Assembly: GCA_050952625.1 (NCBI GenBank)
Contig: JBMNLH010000001.1
Coordinates: 672,001 to 736,000, forward strand
Reading direction: 5' to 3'
Length of the DNA: 64,000 nt
DNA from: Bacillota bacterium
GTDB taxonomy: Bacteria; Bacillota; Ch66; Ch109
Part shown: in pieces, positions 39,254-48,943 of the stretch
Position numbering within the stretch: position 1 is the stretch's first letter
How the letters are laid out: every line of letters begins with the position of its first letter
Made by a program: the position numbers and the translations under genes
Notes under the pieces: generated by a model
Seen by the model: only the letters and a program-made list of their open reading frames with translations
Database searches by the model: none
Told to the model about the DNA's origin: nothing

Positions 39254-40549
39254 ATGAAAATTAAATTTGGTTATGGTTCTGGTTGGCAAGAATTTGAAAT
39301 AAGCGAAGATAATCTAATCAAAGAATTAAGAACGAATCCAATCCCAAAGGGAAGAGATGAGGCAGACGAGATCCGTTATGCCTTAAACAATCCGATTGGT
39401 TCAGCGCGCCTCAGGGAAATTGTGAAACCAGGCGAAAAGATCGTGGTCATTACCAGTGATATTACCCGGCCAATGCCATCACGGCGAGTGTTGCCCTATG
39501 TTTTAAAGGAACTGGCAATCGCCGGCGTAAAAGAGACGGATATTAGAATTGTGCTGGCTTTGGGCAGTCATCGTCACCATACTGAGGAAGAGAAGATTTA
39601 CCTAGTTGGAGAGGAAATCTATCAACGGGTAGAGGTTATGGATAGCGATCCTAAGGACTGCGTTCTCCTCGGTACTACCGGCCAGGGGACCCCAGTTGAA
39701 ATATACCGGCCGGTGGCGGAAGCGGACCGTCGGGTGTGTCTGGGCAACATTGAGTACCATTACTTTGCCGGCTATAGCGGTGGGGCCAAAGCGATCATGC
39801 CCGGAGTCTCAACCCGGCGGGCGATTCAAAGCAATCATCAGATGATGGTTCAACCAACGGCCCGGACTGGGGTATTGGACAATAACCCGGTCCGCCAGGA
39901 CATTGAAGAAGCGGTTCAACTGATCCCGATTGATTTTATTCTTAACGTGGTTCTTGATGATCATAAACGAATCGTTAAGGCAGTGGCCGGGCATTATCAG
40001 TTGGCGCACCGGGAAGGCTGTCGTTTCTTGGACAAATTGTATAAGATCGAGATTCCTTCTCTAGCCGATATTGTGGTAACCACCCCTGGAGGACAGCCCA
40101 AAGACATAAATCTCTACCAGGCCCAGAAGGCCCTGGATAATGCCCAGCATGCCGTTCGACCAGGGGGGATAATTATCCTAGTCGCTGCCTGTAGTGAGGG
40201 CTTGGGGGAGAAGGTTTTTGAAAGGTGGATGCTTAACGCGGCCGACCCCGGTCAGATGGTGCATAATATCCAATGCAACTTCGAATTGGGCGGTCATAAG
40301 GCTGCGGCGATTGGGATGATCCTGGAGAAAGGCCCGGTATTTCTGGTCTCAGAGATGGAATCAGCTTTTGTTCGACGCTTGTTTATGAAACCTTTTAGGA
40401 CCGTAAGTTTGGCCCTGAATCAGGCTTTTGAGGAATTAGGTAAAGAGGCAGGGATTATCCTGATGCCGGTAGGCGGATCGACCTTGCCGATCCTAACAGG
40501 ACTGGATACAAAGGATTTTAAGCTTAACCATAAACCAACCTTTAACTAA
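39254..40549 (+). CDS. larA: Nickel-pincer lactate racemase-family enzyme
   Basis: SDITRP, LALGSHR, YHYFAGYSGGAK, DINLYQAQK. Confidence 0.88.
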   Translation: MKIKFGYGSGWQEFEISEDNLIKELRTNPIPKGRDEADEIRYALNNPIGSARLREIVKPGEKIVVITSDITRPMPSRRVLPYVLKELAIAGVKETDIRIVLALGSHRHHTEEEKIYLVGEEIYQRVEVMDSDPKDCVLLGTTGQGTPVEIYRPVAEADRRVCLGNIEYHYFAGYSGGAKAIMPGVSTRRAIQSNHQMMVQPTARTGVLDNNPVRQDIEEAVQLIPIDFILNVVLDDHKRIVKAVAGHYQLAHREGCRFLDKLYKIEIPSLADIVVTTPGGQPKDINLYQAQKALDNAQHAVRPGGIIILVAACSEGLGEKVFERWMLNAADPGQMVHNIQCNFELGGHKAAAIGMILEKGPVFLVSEMESAFVRRLFMKPFRTVSLALNQAFEELGKEAGIILMPVGGSTLPILTGLDTKDFKLNHKPTFN

Positions 40550-40557
40550 TGCTATTA

Positions 40558-40607
40558 GGGCAACCGCCGAGAGTCCTCCCCGTTACAATGGGAGATGAAA
40601 GGTGGCC
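40558..40607. mobile_element. Isolated IS200/IS605-like end (solo hairpin)
   Basis: GGCAACCGCC.GAG.TCCTCCCCGTTACAATGGGAGATGAAAGGTGG resembles clostridial IS200/IS605 subterminal hairpins (from memory); no transposase nearby. Confidence 0.45.
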
Positions 40608-40710
40608 TGATAAACATCTGCCATGGAAAAATCTCTGTTTCTCAAATTTTAACCTAGGTTAATGTCTTCCTAAATATAATCGTTAATTGTTTTGAGAAGG
40701 AGTTGTCGGG

Positions 40711-41100
40711 ATGAGTTATGACTTATCAAGGGTCGTAGCCGAACTTATGCTGGAACCGGAAGAATTACTCGAAGTCTATCAATCTTTTTTTCGGGAAACC
40801 AGGCAAAATCTGGTTAACTGCCACAAGGCCCTCGCTACAGCTAATCATGACACCTTGCCTGGTATATTTCATTCAATAAAAGGTTCTGCTTTAAATTTGC
40901 GGATGACGGAACTGGCCGAACTATTACTTGAGATGGAAAACTTATACAATAAGGGTAATTTAAGAGAAGTAGCACAGCGCATACCGGATTTGGAACAAAA
41001 GGTAAGGTCAATAGAAAGCAGTGTAATTCGCTATTATTCCGCTAATTTCTTTTCTGGATATGAGAATTGCCCTAATGAGTATGATCGTTCCAGTAATTAA
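40711..41100 (+). CDS. Stand-alone Hpt (histidine phosphotransfer) protein
   Basis: All-helical, FHSIKGSALNL motif. Confidence 0.88.
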   Translation: MSYDLSRVVAELMLEPEELLEVYQSFFRETRQNLVNCHKALATANHDTLPGIFHSIKGSALNLRMTELAELLLEMENLYNKGNLREVAQRIPDLEQKVRSIESSVIRYYSANFFSGYENCPNEYDRSSN

Positions 41101-41112
41101 ACCCTGTTTTAG

Positions 41113-42111
41113 TTAGCCCTCCGCCAGCAAGAGTAACGTTGGTGATGCGAAATCATGGTGAATAAGAAAATCTTCCTTTTCTAGCATCTGACAAAATATT
41201 TCAACTAATTCTGGATCCCATTGAGGTCCTTCATTTTTATGCAAAATTTTCCAGGCGGCACTTTTACTGTAGGCCTTACGGTATGACCGGTCCGTAGTTA
41301 AAGCGTCGTAAGCATCAGCAATGGCCATAATCCGAGCCCCAAGGGGGATGGTCGTTCCCTTTAAACCATCCGGGTATCCCTTTCCGTCAAAACGTTCATG
41401 GTGATGACGAATGATAGGGAGAATCGGTTCAAAGGCGGATATTGATGAACAGATTTTTTCCCCAATTAAGGGATGTGATTTAATCACTTCAAATTCATCC
41501 GGGCTTAATGCCTCTGGTTTACAAAGGATGCGATCCTTTATCCCAATCTTACCAAGATCGTGAAGAAATCCGGCTACCTTGATATGTTTTTGTTCAGAAT
41601 CAGACAGCATCAATCGTTTGGCTAGTTTCCCAGCATAATAAGACGTCCGCAGAGAATGGTTGGCACTGTAGTCATCTTTAGCTTCCATGGCAGTTGCCAG
41701 AGATACAACAATGTGTTGGACCATTACTAGTTCCTCCTGCAGCTTCTTAATCCGCAGTAAAGATTTGACTCGAGCCTTCAATTCTAAAGGATTAAACGGT
41801 TTAGAAATAAAATCATCTGCTCCTTTTTCTAAGGATTTTATTTTTTCATCCATTCCCTGTAGTGTCGAAACTAAAATGACCGGGATTAACCAGGTAGCTG
41901 GATTGTTTTTCAGAGTGGACAGAACCGAATACCCATCTGGCTTAGGCATAATAATATCTAGAATTATTAGATCAGGCTTCTTTGCTATGGCTAGCCTGAG
42001 GGCAGCCTCACCGTTACTGGCTTCGATAATAGTGTATTCCTTGAGGAGTTTTCGTAACAGAAGACGATTAATCTGCTGATCGTCAACAATAAGTATTTTT
42101 GGTCTTTTCAC
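41113..42111 (-). CDS. Response regulator with HD-GYP phosphodiesterase domain (RpfG-like)
   Basis: ILIVDD, LDIIMP, KPF receiver domain; HDLGKIG, HHERFDGKGYP, DAYDALT. Confidence 0.95.
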   Translation of the reverse strand: MKRPKILIVDDQQINRLLLRKLLKEYTIIEASNGEAALRLAIAKKPDLIILDIIMPKPDGYSVLSTLKNNPATWLIPVILVSTLQGMDEKIKSLEKGADDFISKPFNPLELKARVKSLLRIKKLQEELVMVQHIVVSLATAMEAKDDYSANHSLRTSYYAGKLAKRLMLSDSEQKHIKVAGFLHDLGKIGIKDRILCKPEALSPDEFEVIKSHPLIGEKICSSISAFEPILPIIRHHHERFDGKGYPDGLKGTTIPLGARIMAIADAYDALTTDRSYRKAYSKSAAWKILHKNEGPQWDPELVEIFCQMLEKEDFLIHHDFASPTLLLLAEG

Positions 42112-42343
42112 AATGATACTGCTCTCCTCTCTATACCTAAGCAGGTGAGTTAGATGAATCAATATAGATTAAATCTAATAGTTATAGAAGTATTAACCTA
42201 AGAATTAGATAAGTCTAAGTGGTGGTGTAGATATCGTTTTGAGGAGGCTGATATCTATAACTTTCGTCACTGTTTGATACAATCTTACATATGTGAAAAT
42301 TTTTATTTAATCTCTTTTTTGGACGATTTCTTTTATCTGGACT

Positions 42344-42370
42344 ATTCGACAAATTCATCTATTTTCCTGC
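42344..42370 (-). promoter_or_regulatory. SigmaH-type promoter for the HD-GYP gene, overlapping a TGTCGAA (0A-box) heptamer
   Basis: Minus strand GCAGGAAAA-N11-GTCGAAT. Confidence 0.55.
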
Positions 42371-42437
42371 TTGCATTTCCGTTATCGCTTATGCCGAGAT
42401 AGATTTGTTACGATAGTATAGTTGGGGGTGAAAGTCG

Positions 42438-42971
42438 ATGGTCATTTATAAGAATAAAGAAACGCATAAGTATAATACGGAATCAGACAAGATAGTTGCT
42501 AAAGGTAATAGGTTTAAACGTTCTAACGATGAACAAGGATTATTTGAAGAAGAGAGCCGAATCATCAGAAGGTACTTGGAAGATTGCGGTTTTTCTTGGC
42601 GAGATGAGCTAAGTTTTTCCGACAACGTAATCAATATTTTTGAAACTTATAATGAAAAACTAAAAGCAACCAGAGATGAATTAGAAAAAATATCAGCGGA
42701 AAAATGGATTGTGCAAAGGTTTATTGTGGAAAGGGATATGGCGCGTAATAAAACAGTTGAGTTGCAAAATGAACATAAAGTCTTATTGGAGAGAATCAAC
42801 GAATTACAGGAAGCCCTTCAGGAAGCACGACTTAAAATGCGTAACCAGGAAGAGCATGTTACAGAACTGGAGGTTGAAGTAAAACAGCATCGCTTACATA
42901 CCCAAAATTTGGAGGAAGAACGCAAGCTATTACGTTGGCAGATTGCTCAGTTACAAGAGGCCGCAAAGTAG
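42438..42971 (+). CDS. Hypothetical coiled-coil protein
   Basis: GGGGGTG RBS, 177 aa, E/Q/L heptad-rich. Confidence 0.7.
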   Translation: MVIYKNKETHKYNTESDKIVAKGNRFKRSNDEQGLFEEESRIIRRYLEDCGFSWRDELSFSDNVINIFETYNEKLKATRDELEKISAEKWIVQRFIVERDMARNKTVELQNEHKVLLERINELQEALQEARLKMRNQEEHVTELEVEVKQHRLHTQNLEEERKLLRWQIAQLQEAAK

Positions 42972-43015
42972 ACTTTGTGCAGCTTAGCGGCATCAACCAA
43001 AATGAAAAACCATGT

Positions 43016-45154
43016 CTATTTTCGAAGTAGCATTTGTAAATTCTCTTGACTCGGTGTTACATAAATGGTTTGTTGATGATCATAAATAACATAGCCTGGT
43101 TTAGCTCCGGCCGGTTTTCGGACATGACGACGCAAAACAAAGTCGACCGGAACGGAACTGGAGTGGCGAGCCTGGCTGAAGTAAGCTGCTAAAAGGGCTG
43201 CCTCACGGATTGTTTGACTGCTTACGCCTAGATCAGGCAGCCAGACAGGGGTTGGAGAGCCGTCGTCTACCCTGCCGTGTACCCCGTTGGCTTCGGTTAC
43301 CATCTTATTGGTTCGAATAATTACATGAGAACCAGGTATTTCTTTTACGTGCAGCCAGACATCATTTTTTCGGGCCAATCTCATCGTCAAGAGATCATTT
43401 TGCTTATTGTTCTTTCCAACCAGGATTTCATAACCATCGGAGGACCGGAAGGACATAAAGCTCACTTCACTGTCTTGGAGTTTCGCTAGCTGACCGGACT
43501 TTGTTTTTGAATTAGACTGTCTAGTTTTATTGTTCTTACTTCTTGCCCCAACCGTCTTCTTGGCCGCTGATTTCTTCTCTCCGTAACGCGGGCTTTGCTC
43601 ATTTGAGCTGTCCGGCTTCTTGGGAGCTGAACCGTTTTTTCCTCTAAATCGCCCAGTTGTCATTAGTAGCTTTTCCTCAACTGGCTGGGGTCGCCGGTAA
43701 CCTTGCTCAATCAACTCCAGACTAATTTCTTCTAAGTCTTCTAGAGTGGTTGCTAATTCAAGCGATTGTTTAACTGATTCCAGGTAGGCAACTTCCTCTC
43801 GGCTGAGGCGCAACTGATCTTGGACCACTTCTAGACTGCGCCGGGCTTTATTATATAACTTAAAATAGTGCTGGGCATTTTCCGCCGGTGTCAGTTGGGG
43901 GAATAGGCTAATAGTTACAAAGGCATCACCCGGTTCAGTGATGTTTTTTAGCGTGATTTCTTCCATTCCCCGAGATATTTGATAAAGATAGGTCATCAGG
44001 AGCTGGCCAGAAAGGCGGTAGCGTTCGGCCTCCTGGACATCAGACAAGCTTTCCTCGCGCAAGGAAAGTTTGCGATAGGCCCGTCCTAACTCCGACTCTA
44101 GATTTCGCATAAGCGACTGCTTTAAACTAGACCAACGAAGCTGACGCTGTTTTAATTGAAAAAAGGTGTCTAGCAATTCGTTCATCTTCGGGAACTGGTA
44201 AGCTTGCCGGGATTGGCTTGCCAGATGGTGCAGCGAGACCGCGGCAAATTCAACCAAGTCTATGGACCGGGGAAAGGCCAGCCATTGTTTAATGAGTACG
44301 CTAAGATTTGCTTGATTTGCAGCAATCTCTTTCGGATTAGTCGATAATCCGGTTTGGGTGGAATTTTCCATCTGACTGCTAATTACCAAAGTGGGTTGAA
44401 ATTCCCGATCGATTAAAGACCTTTGAATTTGGCTAAACGACTGTTCCAGCCGGGAAAGCTCATATTCGCCACACTCTTCAAGCAGCGTGTGTTCATTGAG
44501 CCCAGCCCGGTAAACCATCTCTCGAGCCAGAACTGCACTAATCCCTGATAGCTTTTGGAAGAGGACCCGAAATACTGGTTGGCTCCAGTCCCCGGTCAAA
44601 ATCAGGTGGCGTAGTTCCTCCGGTTTAATCTCCTGAGGATCTTTTTTATCCTGAGGAGGGGGGGCCAAGTAGGGTTTCCCCGGGAGTACCTCGCGGTGCC
44701 GGCTCAAGGCATGGGAGTATCTTTTGATTCCATCTAAGATCAGTCCAGACTTTTCATCATAGAGAATAATATTACTGTGTTTGCCCATTATTTCACAGAC
44801 CAGCACCTTTTTGGTTAGGTCTCCTATTTCATCGACGGATTCAACGGTCAACCGAAGAATGCGCTCCAGATTTGGCTGTTCAATTTGCACTATTCGGCCA
44901 CCTTCCAAATGTTTACGGAGGACCATGCAAAAAAGCGGAGGTTGAGTTGGATTGGGTTTATTTTCATTGGTCAGGTGAACGCGGGCTCTTTCAGCCTGAG
45001 CCGAAAGCAACAGCCGATAGTTCTGGCCGGGTTGACGCAGGATCAAATGGATTTCTTCACGTTCCGGTTGGAACACCCGGTCAACCCGAGCATTCAAAAG
45101 GTTTTTGGTTAACTCATGAGTTACTGCTGCCAAGACTAGCCCGTCAAAAGCCAC
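43016..45154 (-). CDS. rqcH: NFACT / FbpA ribosome quality control factor
   Basis: MAFDG, FCMVLRKHLEG, EIMGKHSNI, VGKNNKQND, WLH...PGSHV, GAKPGYVIY. Confidence 0.95.
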   Translation of the reverse strand: MAFDGLVLAAVTHELTKNLLNARVDRVFQPEREEIHLILRQPGQNYRLLLSAQAERARVHLTNENKPNPTQPPLFCMVLRKHLEGGRIVQIEQPNLERILRLTVESVDEIGDLTKKVLVCEIMGKHSNIILYDEKSGLILDGIKRYSHALSRHREVLPGKPYLAPPPQDKKDPQEIKPEELRHLILTGDWSQPVFRVLFQKLSGISAVLAREMVYRAGLNEHTLLEECGEYELSRLEQSFSQIQRSLIDREFQPTLVISSQMENSTQTGLSTNPKEIAANQANLSVLIKQWLAFPRSIDLVEFAAVSLHHLASQSRQAYQFPKMNELLDTFFQLKQRQLRWSSLKQSLMRNLESELGRAYRKLSLREESLSDVQEAERYRLSGQLLMTYLYQISRGMEEITLKNITEPGDAFVTISLFPQLTPAENAQHYFKLYNKARRSLEVVQDQLRLSREEVAYLESVKQSLELATTLEDLEEISLELIEQGYRRPQPVEEKLLMTTGRFRGKNGSAPKKPDSSNEQSPRYGEKKSAAKKTVGARSKNNKTRQSNSKTKSGQLAKLQDSEVSFMSFRSSDGYEILVGKNNKQNDLLTMRLARKNDVWLHVKEIPGSHVIIRTNKMVTEANGVHGRVDDGSPTPVWLPDLGVSSQTIREAALLAAYFSQARHSSSVPVDFVLRRHVRKPAGAKPGYVIYDHQQTIYVTPSQENLQMLLRK

Positions 45155-45291
45155 CTTAAACTCCCCCTCACCCTAAAATCACTTAGGCAACATCCTTCAT
45201 TCTAGCATTCCTCAGAAAAACCTGTCAATTCAGTGGTAAATTGCATAATTAAATAATAAGGACTTGTGAGGTTGACGGAGGGTACCCTGCG

Positions 45292-45366
45292 GTCATTGCT
45301 CTGAATATAACCATTTATTCGTTTATTGTGGTGCGGTCAACGCATGATAATTCTGAGCGGACCGAA
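45292..45366 (+). repeat. Dispersed repeat family B, copy 2
   Basis: GTCATTGCTCTGAATATAACCATTTATTCGTTTATTGTGGTGCGGTCAACGCATGATAATTCTGAGCGGACCGAA. Confidence 0.88.
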
Positions 45367-45422
45367 AAATTTTATAATTGAAACAAGGGGACCGCTCTTT
45401 TACTTCGTAGAAGGAGGGATTT

Positions 45423-45941
45423 TTGATGGGTAAAACTAAACAACCGTATGACCGGGAAAAGGCAGTGGCCTATGCAGATCGGTGGTGGAATGACTATAAT
45501 CCCGCTTACCGGCGGTTTGACAATAATGATTGCACTAATTATGTTTCCCAGGTTCTCCGAGCGGGAGGGGCCCCTATGAGCCGGATAGGGCAGGTCGATC
45601 AAGGCTGGTGGTATCTTGGTCATGGTGGAGCCAATGATCGCTGGAGTTACAGCTGGTCCGTGGCTCACAGTTTACGCTGGTATTTGTCAAGAAGCAAGTC
45701 TGGGCTTATTGTGGTAGAGATCACCGACGCCCGGGAGCTGGAGCTTGGAGATGTGATATGCTATGACTTTGATGGTGATGGCCGCTGGCAGCATAATACC
45801 GTAGTCACCGCTTTTGATGCGCAGGGTCAGCCCTTGGTCAATGCGCACACGGAAAACAGCTACCACCGGCTGTGGCGGTATGAGGATTCTCCTGCCTGGA
45901 CCCCGCAGATAAAGTACTCTTTTTTTCACATTGTCACTTAA
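45423..45941 (+). CDS. Putative amidase domain (Amidase_6, YhbB C-terminus-like) protein
   Basis: YDREKAVAYADRWW, DCTNYVSQ, GDVICYDF, PLVNAHT. Confidence 0.88.
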   Translation: MMGKTKQPYDREKAVAYADRWWNDYNPAYRRFDNNDCTNYVSQVLRAGGAPMSRIGQVDQGWWYLGHGGANDRWSYSWSVAHSLRWYLSRSKSGLIVVEITDARELELGDVICYDFDGDGRWQHNTVVTAFDAQGQPLVNAHTENSYHRLWRYEDSPAWTPQIKYSFFHIVT

Positions 45942-46027
45942 GATTTTACAACGCAACTGACATAACTCTCCTGAGAACGGAATAGGTTGTACTTGGAAGA
46001 ACCTATTTGAATTAGGAGGGGGATGCC

Positions 46028-48823
46028 ATGGATGCTAAACAATGGTATCAGATGAGCGTTGAAAATGCAGTTCAAAGCCTACAGGTTAAGCTCGACTATG
46101 GCCTGACGTCTGAGGAGGTTAACCAGCGGCTGGCCAGCCATGGTCCCAATAAAATGATTGAGGAAAAAAGGAAACCGGCCTGGCAAATGCTTTTAGCGCA
46201 GTTTAAAGATTTTATGGTGCTGACCTTACTGGTGGCAGCGATCATTTCCGGCTTCTTAGGCGGCGTGACGGATACCATCACGATTATGGCGATTGTTGCC
46301 TTGAATGCGATTCTCGGCTTCATTCAGGAATACCGGGCCGAAAAATCAATTGCGGCTTTAAAAAAACTGTCTGCCCTTGAAGCTCGAGTGATCAGAGATG
46401 GCCGGGAAGTTAAGATTCCCGCTGAGGCCCTAGTGCCCGGTGATTTAGTTAATTTAGAAGCCGGTACTCGAATACCGGCTGATTTACGGCTCCTCAAAGC
46501 GGTTAATTTGGAAGTGGAAGAAGCGGCACTGACCGGCGAATCAGTACCAGTTCGGAAAAACATTGAGCCTCTAACTGCCGATCAGGTACCATTAGGTGAC
46601 CGGCGAAATATGGCCTATGTGGGCACCTCGGTTACTCGTGGCCGGGGTCAGGGAGTTGTGGTTTCGACCGGGATGCAGACTGAATTAGGGAAAGTTGCCG
46701 GGATGATTCAACAAGCAGAAGAGGAAGATACCCCCCTGCAGCGAAGACTAGCCCAAATGGGTAAGATACTAGTTATTGGTTGTCTGTTGATCTGTGCCTT
46801 AGTTGTGGGAGTAGGCATGTGGCGGGGCGAAAACCTGTACCATATGTTCATGGTTGGGGTTAGTTTAGCGGTAGCCGCTATTCCTGAAGGGCTGCCGGCC
46901 ATTGTCACAGTCGTTTTAGCCGTCGGGGTCCAAAGGATGATCCGGCGTCGAGCCATAGTTCGTAAACTGCCCGCAGTAGAAACGCTGGGTTGTGCGACGG
47001 TTATCTGTTCGGATAAGACCGGTACCTTAACGAAAAACGAGATGACAGTCCGAAAGCTTTATTTGGATGGCCGCGTTGTCGAAGTAACCGGGGATGGCTA
47101 TGCGCCGTATGGTAAATTTCAGTTTGGCAATCAGTCTTTGGACGTAAAAAGCAACCCAACTCTCCAGCAGTTGCTAAAAATAGGCACGTTGTGTAACAAT
47201 GCTCGTCTAGAGCCGGGATCGAGCAGTCATAATGGCCAATTAAAAACGTTTCGCAAACTGTGGCAGAAGGCACCGGCCGAAGACGCTTGGTCGATCATTG
47301 GCGATCCGACTGAGGGATCACTGGTCACTTTAGCAGCCAAGGGTGGTTTGTGGCAGCGGGAATTGGCCAAGCATGAGCAACGGGTCGCCGAAAATCCATT
47401 TGAATCAGAACGGAAGCGGATGAGTGTAGTTTATCGAAAGGGTAAGGGTCAGCTTTTTTGTTACGTGAAAGGAGCCCCGGACATAATTCTGGAAAAGTGT
47501 AACCGGATTTACATTCGTGGCCAAATCCGACCACTGGAGACCGGCGAAAGAAAGCGCATTGACCAATTGAATAGTCAACTCGCTGCCGAAGCTTTACGGG
47601 TCCTGGCTCTAGCCTACCGGCCATTGGCCGAAGGGGAGAGTTTGCGCCCAGAAAAGGTGGAACAGGATCTGATTTTTGTTGGTCTAGCCGGCATGATTGA
47701 TCCTCCCCGCCCGGCGGCTATCAAAGCTGTTCAAGATGCCCGGCAAGCTGGTATCCGTTCGGTAATGATTACTGGCGATCACCCGGCAACAGCTTTGGCG
47801 ATTGCTCAAGAAATGAGCATAGCCAAAGCAGACAGTCAAGTTTTGACCGGCCTAGCTTTGGATCGTCTAACCGATGACGATTTGGCCAAGCGGATTGATG
47901 AGGTAACTGTTTTTGCTCGAGTTTCTCCGGCCCACAAAGTCCGGATCGTTCGAGCCTTAAAACAGAAAGGCCACATTGTCGCGATGACTGGGGATGGGGT
48001 TAATGATGCCCCAGCGGTTAAGGAAGCAGACATTGGCATAGCGATGGGCAAAACCGGGACGGATGTAACCAAGGAAGCCTCAGCTATGGTTCTGGCGGAT
48101 GATAACTTTGCGACAATTGTCTCGGCGATAGAAGAAGGCCGCAGCATTTATGATAATATTCGTAAATTTATTCGTTATCTATTAGGTTGTAACATTGGCG
48201 AGGTTCTGACTATGTTTTTAGCTCCGCTGATGGGATTCCCCCTGCCCTTGTTGCCGATTCAGATTCTTTGGGTCAACTTAGTGACCGATGGTCTGCCAGC
48301 TTTGGCCTTAGGGGTTGATAAAGGCGATCCGGATATTATGGAACGTCCGCCCCGTCATCCGCGGGAAAGTATTTTTGCCCGGGGATTGGGCAAGGGAATA
48401 ATCTGCCGGGGGATAGAAATTGCTTTGGGGACACTGTTGGTTTTCCTGTTTTCTTTGTACTATTGGGGTGATGGGAGTGCCGAGGCTTTAAAGCTGGCCC
48501 AAACAACTGCCTTTTGTTCACTTGTTTTCTTTCAATTATTTTTCGTATTTCAGTGTCGTTCAGAAACTCATTCAGTATTTGAGATCGGCTTTCTGGGCAA
48601 CCCTTACTTGATTTTAGCGGTTGCGGTTTCGACCGCGATGCAACTAGCAGTAGTCTATGTTCCGCTGCTGTCTTCAGTATTTGGGACTGTTCCTTTGGCG
48701 GCCGAACAATGGCTGTTAGTCCTGTTAATCCCCGGCTTGCGTCAACTAATCAGTTTGTCAAGTTATATTGGTAGCCGTACTTTTGGCCGAAAGCTTATGT
48801 TTTGGAAAATTAAAATATCGTAA
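46028..48823 (+). CDS. P-type IIA Ca2+-transporting ATPase (YloB-like)
   Basis: LTGES, PEGL, CSDKTGTLT, TGDGVND; usual position before yicC. Confidence 0.96.
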   Translation: MDAKQWYQMSVENAVQSLQVKLDYGLTSEEVNQRLASHGPNKMIEEKRKPAWQMLLAQFKDFMVLTLLVAAIISGFLGGVTDTITIMAIVALNAILGFIQEYRAEKSIAALKKLSALEARVIRDGREVKIPAEALVPGDLVNLEAGTRIPADLRLLKAVNLEVEEAALTGESVPVRKNIEPLTADQVPLGDRRNMAYVGTSVTRGRGQGVVVSTGMQTELGKVAGMIQQAEEEDTPLQRRLAQMGKILVIGCLLICALVVGVGMWRGENLYHMFMVGVSLAVAAIPEGLPAIVTVVLAVGVQRMIRRRAIVRKLPAVETLGCATVICSDKTGTLTKNEMTVRKLYLDGRVVEVTGDGYAPYGKFQFGNQSLDVKSNPTLQQLLKIGTLCNNARLEPGSSSHNGQLKTFRKLWQKAPAEDAWSIIGDPTEGSLVTLAAKGGLWQRELAKHEQRVAENPFESERKRMSVVYRKGKGQLFCYVKGAPDIILEKCNRIYIRGQIRPLETGERKRIDQLNSQLAAEALRVLALAYRPLAEGESLRPEKVEQDLIFVGLAGMIDPPRPAAIKAVQDARQAGIRSVMITGDHPATALAIAQEMSIAKADSQVLTGLALDRLTDDDLAKRIDEVTVFARVSPAHKVRIVRALKQKGHIVAMTGDGVNDAPAVKEADIGIAMGKTGTDVTKEASAMVLADDNFATIVSAIEEGRSIYDNIRKFIRYLLGCNIGEVLTMFLAPLMGFPLPLLPIQILWVNLVTDGLPALALGVDKGDPDIMERPPRHPRESIFARGLGKGIICRGIEIALGTLLVFLFSLYYWGDGSAEALKLAQTTAFCSLVFFQLFFVFQCRSETHSVFEIGFLGNPYLILAVAVSTAMQLAVVYVPLLSSVFGTVPLAAEQWLLVLLIPGLRQLISLSSYIGSRTFGRKLMFWKIKIS

Positions 48824-48943
48824 TTTAAATGAAAAACACCCGGGAGGGATTTTGATTTATTTGGTATAATATTATATAACGCCGGCAAGTTAGGGACTTA
48901 AAGGCTGTAGACAAAGAATGAACTGTTATAAGGAGGATATTGT

